Below are positions 57,804 to 64,000 of a stretch of DNA of 64,000 bases, piece after piece (position 1 is the stretch's first letter; every line of letters starts with the position of its first letter). The DNA is from Candidatus Latescibacterota bacterium (lineage in GTDB: Bacteria > Latescibacterota > UBA2968 > GCA-2709665). The stretch is taken from contig OZ244937.1 of assembly GCA_965222075.1 (NCBI GenBank), forward strand, positions 2,560,001 through 2,624,000, given 5' to 3'. Position numbers and translations under genes: made by a program. The notes beneath the pieces are model-generated. The model was given only the letters and a program-made list of their open reading frames with translations. It was not told the origin of the DNA and did no database searches.

Positions 57804-58664
57804 ATGAGTATTGCACGTTCAGAAGGTCAATGGTTCGATGGTGAAAAATCTCTGGAATACTACTATCAGGAAGTGGATCGGTACCCGCAAATCACGGCCC
57901 AGGAGGAACAGGACCTGGCAGCCCGCATAGAACGTGGAGACGAAAAGGCCCTGGAAAAGCTGGTCCAGGCCAACCTTCGGTTCGTCATCCACATTGCCAA
58001 AGGCTTCCAGAACCAGGGGCTCTCGATGGCCGACCTCATCAACGAGGGCAATCTCGGCCTCCTGACCGCCGCCCGCAAGTTCAACCGCCGCAAAGGCTCC
58101 AAATTCATCACCTATGCCGTCTGGTGGATTCGCCAGAACATCCTCAAAGCCCTCGAGGTCCAGACCCGGAACATCCGGGTTCCCGCCAACGTCTTCAACG
58201 ACCTCAACCGACTGCGCAGGGCCGAAGCCGGCCTTGCCCAGGACCTTAAGCGCGATCCCACGCTGGAAGAGGTCGCCGCCGAGGTCAACTTCCAGACCGA
58301 AAAGGTCGCCCATCTCCTCGATGCAGCGTCCAATACGATCTCCCTGCATACCCCCTCCTGCGGTGAGGCCGACGTCGGCCTCGAGGAATCGGTCCCGGAT
58401 CTCCAAACCTCGCTGCCGGACGAATCCCTTTTCCAGAAATCCAGGTCTCAGGCAGTTAGCGACGTATTGCGTACCCTTTCCGACCGCCACCAGCAGGTCC
58501 TCTCCCTCGCCTTTGGCATGGATGGGGCAGAACCTGCCACCTATCAGCAGATCGGAAGCCGGCTCGGCATCAGCCGGGAACGGGTCCGCCAGCTCAAGGA
58601 AGACGCCCTCAACAAACTGAAGCAGCCGACCCTCCGCAAACGCCTCGCCGCGTATGCCGAGTAG
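57804..58664 (+). CDS. Alternative sigma70 factor (RpoD/RpoS-like, no region 1.1)
   Basis: ANLRFV..IAK, DLINEGN.GL..A..KF, TYAVWWIRQ and SRERVRQL; GGAGG RBS. Confidence 0.95.
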   Translation: MSIARSEGQWFDGEKSLEYYYQEVDRYPQITAQEEQDLAARIERGDEKALEKLVQANLRFVIHIAKGFQNQGLSMADLINEGNLGLLTAARKFNRRKGSKFITYAVWWIRQNILKALEVQTRNIRVPANVFNDLNRLRRAEAGLAQDLKRDPTLEEVAAEVNFQTEKVAHLLDAASNTISLHTPSCGEADVGLEESVPDLQTSLPDESLFQKSRSQAVSDVLRTLSDRHQQVLSLAFGMDGAEPATYQQIGSRLGISRERVRQLKEDALNKLKQPTLRKRLAAYAE

Positions 58665-58702
58665 AAGATATATCCGGCGGTTTTCACCCCCTTCCAGAGG
58701 AG

Positions 58703-58746
58703 AAGCGCCCGGCCATTTCGGTTTACGAGATGGCCGGGCGCTTTAT
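58703..58746 (+). terminator. Intrinsic terminator
   Basis: AAGCGCCCGGCCAT..ATGGCCGGGCGCTT then TAT. Confidence 0.8.
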
Positions 58747-58916
58747 ATCTGGCCCTCCCAGCGAGGAATGTCCCCGTCCCCTCTTGCCCCCAGCCTGAAT
58801 GCACTCACTCACCCCCTGCAATTTTCCTGCCTATCTTTCTTCTTGACTTAGCAGGGCAAAATTCTTCAATTTAGAAGCCGTATCTTTACCCTCATCATAC
58901 CAAAGAGGTCCGCACG

Positions 58917-59732
58917 ATGAAGATTATTCTGCTTACCACAGTTGCCGCCCTGATCCTGATCTGGGGCGCTATCCTGGCCATAATCAAGTGGATACATCCC
59001 TTCGAAACAAAACACCTGCTGGGGTTTGGCGGCTACGTCAGCGTGGTTTCCAGCATCCTCATCTACCTGGTCATCCAGACCTCCATCACCCGGCAGGAAG
59101 CCGCACTCGCCAACACCAGGGCACAGCTCAATCAGGAACTGGACAACTTCCGGGAAAAACTCGGCGAGGTTCAATCTCGGGTCATGCAACAGCTTCAGGA
59201 AAAGGCCGAACTCACCCAGTCGGAGATGGAAGTCCGCGGCAATCTGCAGACAGAACGGGCCGGGCATGCCCGCACCCGGGAAGAACTCGCCGACGCTCAG
59301 GCCCAACGGATGGACACACAGGCGGAACTCATCCGGGAAGCCGATGCCCACCGTGCTTATAGGGACAGCCTCAACACCGAACGTGCCCTCCACCGTTCCA
59401 CCCAGAGAAGCCTGAGCCAGGAAGAAAAAAGGCACAAGCAGGCCCGGCACAATCTGAACACCACCCGGGGATCCCTGGAAAAGGCCCGGGAGCGGCTGGC
59501 CATTCAGACGGCCGATATCGGCCGTCTCCGGGAGGACCTCAAACAGACCGAAACACGCTCCCGGAAGGCCCTGGAGAACGCCGAAATCGCCCAGAAAAAA
59601 CTCGTGCAAAAAGCCGCCTCTCAGCAGCAAGCCCTAAAGCTGCTCCAGGCCTCTGTGGATTCAATCTACCGGAAGGTCCTCAAAAGACCCAGAGTCCCTC
59701 CCCCCCCCAAACCGAAGAGAAAGAGGAAGTAG
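58917..59732 (+). CDS. Two-TM membrane-anchored long coiled-coil protein
   Basis: Two N-terminal hydrophobic helices, ~200-aa heptad region and a Pro/Lys tail. Confidence 0.75.
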   Translation: MKIILLTTVAALILIWGAILAIIKWIHPFETKHLLGFGGYVSVVSSILIYLVIQTSITRQEAALANTRAQLNQELDNFREKLGEVQSRVMQQLQEKAELTQSEMEVRGNLQTERAGHARTREELADAQAQRMDTQAELIREADAHRAYRDSLNTERALHRSTQRSLSQEEKRHKQARHNLNTTRGSLEKARERLAIQTADIGRLREDLKQTETRSRKALENAEIAQKKLVQKAASQQQALKLLQASVDSIYRKVLKRPRVPPPPKPKRKRK

Positions 59733-59752
59733 GAGCAAGGCATGCCTTGCCC
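59729..59752 (+). repeat. GTAG-family REP-like palindrome
   Basis: GTAG-GA-GCAAGGCATGCCTTGC-CC; its TAG is the stop codon of the upstream gene. Confidence 0.65.
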
Positions 59753-59894
59753 AGAGAGTCTCCTCTAAGGTAGACGATAAGACCCCCTGAGTCCGGGTTT
59801 TTATCGGCATTTTTCAAGTCGAGAATAGATTTTGCTTGCCCTGTATGGAGATTGAATTTATCTTAAACTGGCGTTTTGACCTCTGGAGGCACCT

Positions 59895-60749
59895 GTGGAT
59901 AATGGAAATGGGACGTCTGCGGACAGCAGGAAGATCATCCTGATCGTTGGTGCGGTCACCGTTGTATTGGCCATTATCCTGTTGATTGCGTTCATTCCAA
60001 AAGAGCCTGAAGTCGATCCGTACGTCGTGCAACTCGAAAAGGAAGTGGCGATGTACACGGCGCGCATCGACTCCCTGAACACCATTGTAGATGGGCTCAA
60101 CGGCCGTCTCAACAACATCCGGGCGCAAATGGACACCGCCAGGACCGCCAACCGCACCCTGATTGCCTCCCTCCACAGAGTCACAAACAAGATGAAAGAG
60201 TTTCAGCGCCTCTACCAGGAACAACAAACGCTCAACAGAAAGCTGGTCACCGAACTGAGGCAGGTCAAACAAGAAAAAGAACGGACCACAACGCAGACCA
60301 GACAACTCAAAATCCAGGTCGACAGCCTCAACAGTGAATTGTATGAAAAAACCGTTCGCCTCGTCCGGCTCGAGTCCAGCCTCGAAGAGGCCCTGCAGCA
60401 GGTACAGACCGTGGTGGAGACCGTCACCTCCGTCCTGGTCTACGCCGGCACCGAAGACGAACTCAAACAGGCCGGCTATCTCAAGACCGGCAGATCCGTC
60501 ATCTTCAGAAAAAACTACCGGGCGGTCAGCTTCCCCGATGTAATGGAAAGCGCTGTCCTCCGGATCTCGCTGGGTGAAACCCTGGCGCTTCAGGGCAAAC
60601 TGGCTGCCTTGGCCGACAGGCACGGCAAACTCAGCAAAGGTGAAGAATACGAAGTCAGCAAAGGCCCTCCCGGCCAGACCCTCGTCACCTTCATCGACTC
60701 CACCCTCCAGGGACAGCGCATCCTGGCTGTGCTCAAAAATAAAAAATAA
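59895..60749 (+). CDS. Single-TM coiled-coil protein with a small C-terminal domain
   Basis: TM helix, heptads, then Y.GT..ELK..G.L motif; GGAGG RBS; TTGCCC-N17-TATCTT promoter upstream. Confidence 0.75.
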   Translation: MDNGNGTSADSRKIILIVGAVTVVLAIILLIAFIPKEPEVDPYVVQLEKEVAMYTARIDSLNTIVDGLNGRLNNIRAQMDTARTANRTLIASLHRVTNKMKEFQRLYQEQQTLNRKLVTELRQVKQEKERTTTQTRQLKIQVDSLNSELYEKTVRLVRLESSLEEALQQVQTVVETVTSVLVYAGTEDELKQAGYLKTGRSVIFRKNYRAVSFPDVMESAVLRISLGETLALQGKLAALADRHGKLSKGEEYEVSKGPPGQTLVTFIDSTLQGQRILAVLKNKK

Positions 60750-60777
60750 AAGGGGCGATGCCTCTGATTCAACCTCT

Positions 60778-60807
60778 GACCGGTCCTCGGATGACCGGTC
60801 TTTTTTT
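60778..60807 (+). terminator. Intrinsic terminator
   Basis: GACCGGTC-N7-GACCGGTC followed by T7. Confidence 0.85.
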
Positions 60808-60829
60808 ACCCCACCCGATCCCTGCATTT

Positions 60830-61252
60830 TCACCACATGTGCACAAACACCGCCGGTCGCACCTTGGCCCCTGTCGGCGCCGTTGAGAGCAGCGAATCTG
60901 CATACGCCGCGTCGTTCACCAACCGCTCCCGGCTGCCCCCCCTCAAAAAAAGGTGCAAATTCCGGTCGGGTTGCGCCACCATATCCGCGACCGCCTGCTT
61001 GAGTTCTCCCAGCCTCAGCATCCGGCTCACCGACCTGCCGTCTCGTGAGAACCCCGGTCCTTTCGAGGTGTAAACCACCACCATATCCCCCGGATTGGGG
61101 TCATGGTGGTGCACGCGCCACACCGGTTGGGACACGTTCAGGATCATAATGCCCAGGGTAAGCATCAGCATCATAATCCCCAAGAAGAGCTCCTTGCTCA
61201 CATCGTGCTCTTCGGCCTCAACAACCGCCCGCTTGAGGAACCGTCCCCTCAT
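60830..61252 (-). CDS. ExbD/TolR-like single-TM protein (divergent)
   Basis: Short basic/acidic N-tail, one TM and a small soluble domain; ATGA overlap with the ExbB-like gene. Confidence 0.55.
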   Translation of the reverse strand: MRGRFLKRAVVEAEEHDVSKELFLGIMMLMLTLGIMILNVSQPVWRVHHHDPNPGDMVVVYTSKGPGFSRDGRSVSRMLRLGELKQAVADMVAQPDRNLHLFLRGGSRERLVNDAAYADSLLSTAPTGAKVRPAVFVHMW

Positions 61253-62052
61253 TGCCCGTCCCTCCCCTCAAGCGCCTCGTCCCTCAGCGTCAGCCATCTG
61301 CGTTCCAGCACCGCCATCCGGGCCAACAGCACATCGAACGCCTTCCGGAGCGGCAGGTAAGCCAGCAGGGCCACCAGGGTCGTCTGAAACGCCAGCACCA
61401 GCCCGCCGGCCATATTCCGCAGCACCCGGAATGTTTCGGTGGCCTCATCCAGCCCGGTCAGTTCCTGGGCCATCAAGAGAATCCCGCACACCGTGCCCAG
61501 ATACCCGTAAAACGGAACCCGGCTGAGCGCCCGCTGTCCAACCAGCAGCCGCTCTCCGAAAACCCCCACCAGTCCATCCACAGCCTCGTCGTCGCGTGCC
61601 TTCAAATCGGCGTAGGCCGCAGTGCTCCGCAGAAGGTCGTCCAGTGCCGTTCGCCGGTGCAAAGACAGCGTCGCTTCCTGCGCCCCCTTTCCCTGCTTCC
61701 GGTGATCCCGTTCCTCGGTGTCCAGACGGATCCAGATGTGGATCAGCACCACCAAATGCCCGGCCGAAGCCGCCAGGACCAGCGCGTAAGACGAGCGTCC
61801 CACCCACGCGATCCATCCCGCCCCGTCCCCCGCAAACAGATAATAGTAGATACACAGCGCGGCAATCCCCAACCCCGCAACCCCCCCCACAATCGCACCG
61901 ATCAGATTGGCATGTCCGTGCGGCAGCCCATAGCGGCGTTCCTCCCGGCAGACCGCTGCCATTCGCTGCATCAAGACCAGGGCCCCGGCCATCGCGCAGA
62001 CCGCCGAAAAAAGGACCGATGACAGCATCTCCACCCAGGTCAATCCCCCCAT
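61249..62052 (-). CDS. MotA/TolQ/ExbB proton channel family protein
   Basis: P..G.LGTV.GI and G...AF.TT...L motifs; extra N-terminal TMs. Confidence 0.82.
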   Translation of the reverse strand: MGGLTWVEMLSSVLFSAVCAMAGALVLMQRMAAVCREERRYGLPHGHANLIGAIVGGVAGLGIAALCIYYYLFAGDGAGWIAWVGRSSYALVLAASAGHLVVLIHIWIRLDTEERDHRKQGKGAQEATLSLHRRTALDDLLRSTAAYADLKARDDEAVDGLVGVFGERLLVGQRALSRVPFYGYLGTVCGILLMAQELTGLDEATETFRVLRNMAGGLVLAFQTTLVALLAYLPLRKAFDVLLARMAVLERRWLTLRDEALEGRDGQ

Positions 62053-63323
62053 GGAAACCTCGTTTTTCCTCCGGTCAAATCCTGCCATCGTGAAATCACA
62101 TAGCCCATATAAAGCGCCAGAACCAGGGTCGGCACCCACAGGCCCAGCCGGGACGCCCGCCCCCCTCCGCCCCATCCCCCTCCGCCCACCCCCTGGCCGC
62201 TCTCCGTCTTCCCGCTCCCCTGCCTCCCTGCCTCCCTGCTTCTCTGCCCCTCTCCCGCCTTGCCTTCCGCCTCTCCCGATGGAACGCTCTCCCGCTCCTC
62301 CGGTGGTCGATACGCAAGCTGTCGCTCTCCCCTTTTCCCTCCCGTCGGCGCCGCCTGCTCAAACGCCGGGGTCATCCCCCATTCCCCCTTCAACCCCCGC
62401 CGTTCTGGATAGATCAGCCGCTTCTGCGCCTCTGGAAGCGCCCGGGCCCAAGCCTGCACCTGCTCGGCCACCCGCAGCGCGGCATCCTCCTGCAGCGGCC
62501 CGGCCTTGCCCAGCGTCAGGCTCAGTGACCGCCGCGCCTGCCCCTCGTAAGCCGGAAGATCCATCTTCAACAGCCCCCGGGCCTGCAGCATCTGTCTCAA
62601 TGCCTTTCGCCGCTCCTGCAGCTGCGCCAGACTCTGCACAAAGGCATGGTAATCCATCCGGCGCACCTGTCCCTTTGGCGAGAGGCCGACCGCCGGCGCC
62701 GACGCCGCCTGTTGAATCGCCTGCCTATCGAACGTCTGCACCAGCTCAACGGCGCCAAAAATACGGGGTCCCCATACTACCTCCGCACCCGGAATGTCCG
62801 GCATCGGATGGGCGTACGTAATCTCCTGCGCCGGTCCGTCCCCTGTCTGCCAGCTCCCGTCCGAGACCAGAACCGGATGCAGGTTCCCCCCCTGGTCCCG
62901 CAAATAGAGACCGCACAGAAAACCGCTTTCCACCCAGTCCGTATCCCAGCACCGGGCCCGGATCCGGTTGTGGCCCCCAAGGTAGAGGGGCGGAATCGTC
63001 ACCTCGACCGGAGCCAGGCGCGTCTCCCCCACCAGGTAGTCGTTGATCCACACCCGCGCCTCGTCATCCGCCCAGAAGATCAACACCACTGCCATCCCCT
63101 CCAGGGCCGGCCCCTGCTCCTCTCCCGCAGGCAACCCCTTTGCATCCAGCGCCTTTGCATCCAGCGCCTGCATCGCCCGGACCAGGCTGTCAATCCGGAC
63201 AGAGACCGCATTGTAGTCCTGCCGCAGGGCAAACAGATCCGGGGCACCATCGGCGGCTTCAACCGTCAGCACGCAGGTCAGGCAGAGCATACCCGCCCTC
63301 GCCAGATGTCCAAAGTGTGACAT
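62040..63323 (-). CDS. Exported protein with a beta-sandwich (lectin-like) domain, Gly-rich linker and C-terminal TM anchor
   Basis: Signal-like N-terminus; ADD....W.N, N.I and VSDGSW motifs; C-terminal hydrophobic helix; 15-bp duplication (ALDAK x2). Confidence 0.65.
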   Translation of the reverse strand: MSHFGHLARAGMLCLTCVLTVEAADGAPDLFALRQDYNAVSVRIDSLVRAMQALDAKALDAKGLPAGEEQGPALEGMAVVLIFWADDEARVWINDYLVGETRLAPVEVTIPPLYLGGHNRIRARCWDTDWVESGFLCGLYLRDQGGNLHPVLVSDGSWQTGDGPAQEITYAHPMPDIPGAEVVWGPRIFGAVELVQTFDRQAIQQAASAPAVGLSPKGQVRRMDYHAFVQSLAQLQERRKALRQMLQARGLLKMDLPAYEGQARRSLSLTLGKAGPLQEDAALRVAEQVQAWARALPEAQKRLIYPERRGLKGEWGMTPAFEQAAPTGGKRGERQLAYRPPEERESVPSGEAEGKAGEGQRSREAGRQGSGKTESGQGVGGGGWGGGGRASRLGLWVPTLVLALYMGYVISRWQDLTGGKTRFPWGD

Positions 63324-63374
63324 TACGCCCACAAACGTGTGCCTTGAAAATTTAAATATCAAGCCGGGATCGAT

Positions 63375-64000
63375 TCAATAATCCGCAAACGACCCATCCT
63401 CCTCAGATCGCCACATTCCTCTAAACCGGAAGCTCTCGTTCCGCGCCGCCTCCAGCGCCTCGTCGTCGATCTCCACCCCCAGTCCCGGACCCGTGGGTAG
63501 CTCGATAAACCCGTCCTTGAACACCAGCGGCTCCCTGAACAGCCCCTGCCCCCGGCTCGTTCCTCCCTCGCAGATCAGGAAGTTGGGCACCGTCGCCATC
63601 GCATGAACCGACGCCGCCACCCCCAGCGGTCCCGCCGCGTTGTGGGGCGCCAGCGCCAGGTCGTGAATCTCCGCCAAGTTCGCGATCTTCCGCATCTCCG
63701 AAATCCCCCCCACGTGCCGGATATCGGGCTGCAGAATCGCGCACGCCCTCCGCTCCACAACCTCCCGGAACCCCCAGCGGGCCAAGTGCCGTTCCCCCGT
63801 CGCAATCGGCGTCGTTGTAGACTGGGAAATGTTGATAAGCGCCTCCGTATTCTCCGGGTGGCAGGGCTCCTCCGCAAACAGCAGCTTGAACGGCTCCAAC
63901 GCCTTGACCGCGATGATCGCCATCGTGGGGCTGAACCGCCGGTGCAGGTCCACCGCGATATCCACCTCGTCCCCCACCGCCTCCCGCACCGCCGCTACCC
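63375..64000 (-). CDS. Mandelate racemase-subgroup acid-sugar dehydratase (DgoD-like), 5'-partial
   Basis: D.H, EEP, ATGE, QPD....GG.SE..KIA, APHN and PGLG. Confidence 0.88.
   Translation of the reverse strand, partial: VAAVREAVGDEVDIAVDLHRRFSPTMAIIAVKALEPFKLLFAEEPCHPENTEALINISQSTTTPIATGERHLARWGFREVVERRACAILQPDIRHVGGISEMRKIANLAEIHDLALAPHNAAGPLGVAASVHAMATVPNFLICEGGTSRGQGLFREPLVFKDGFIELPTGPGLGVEIDDEALEAARNESFRFRGMWRSEEDGSFADY

Noticed and set aside
62205-62270. 8-bp CCTCCCTG-like repeats
   Set aside because: They fall in a low-complexity Gly/Arg linker of an intact CDS; too degenerate to argue for phase variation
60-63877. Numerous long antisense or alternate-frame ORFs (e.g. 10373-11632, 31804-33177, 32939-34162, 54850-56301)
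   Set aside because: Shadow ORFs of GC-rich genes; they lack motifs and lie opposite well-supported CDSs

Overview
A GC-rich chromosomal segment of a diderm bacterium. The dockerin-like EF-hand module, futalosine pathway, rny and heptamer repeats suggest an uncultured Latescibacterota/Gemmatimonadota-like lineage (inference). It holds about 55 CDS, mostly on the minus strand. The core block is thrS-infC(ATC start)-rpmI-rplT, then zapB-zapA-putative 6S RNA-rny-ymdB-xseAB-nadK-recN-mqnE-mqnC-mqnA; hflX, rarA and mrp lie elsewhere. Accessory content includes a cell-envelope cluster (small membrane protein, HEAT lipoprotein, M15 peptidase, FG-GAP protein, M23 peptidase, bactofilin), a tripartite RND pump with an oversized permease and many catabolic enzymes. 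The best candidate for an undescribed system is a three-gene unit: queE, a divergent tgt paralogue and an ArmA/Rmt-type N7-guanine methyltransferase. Other highlights are a secreted cytochrome c/copper-monooxygenase fusion, a single-chain triple-Rid protein, a sigma70 paralogue with a LexA-like box inside its promoter, an atypical ExbB/ExbD-like module, dispersed 7-bp repeats and GTAG-like REPs. I saw no CRISPR array, rRNA, tRNA, transposase or prophage gene. Two 1-bp homopolymer frameshifts (rarA, mqnA) look like assembly errors. All family calls come from motif recognition by eye, not database searches.
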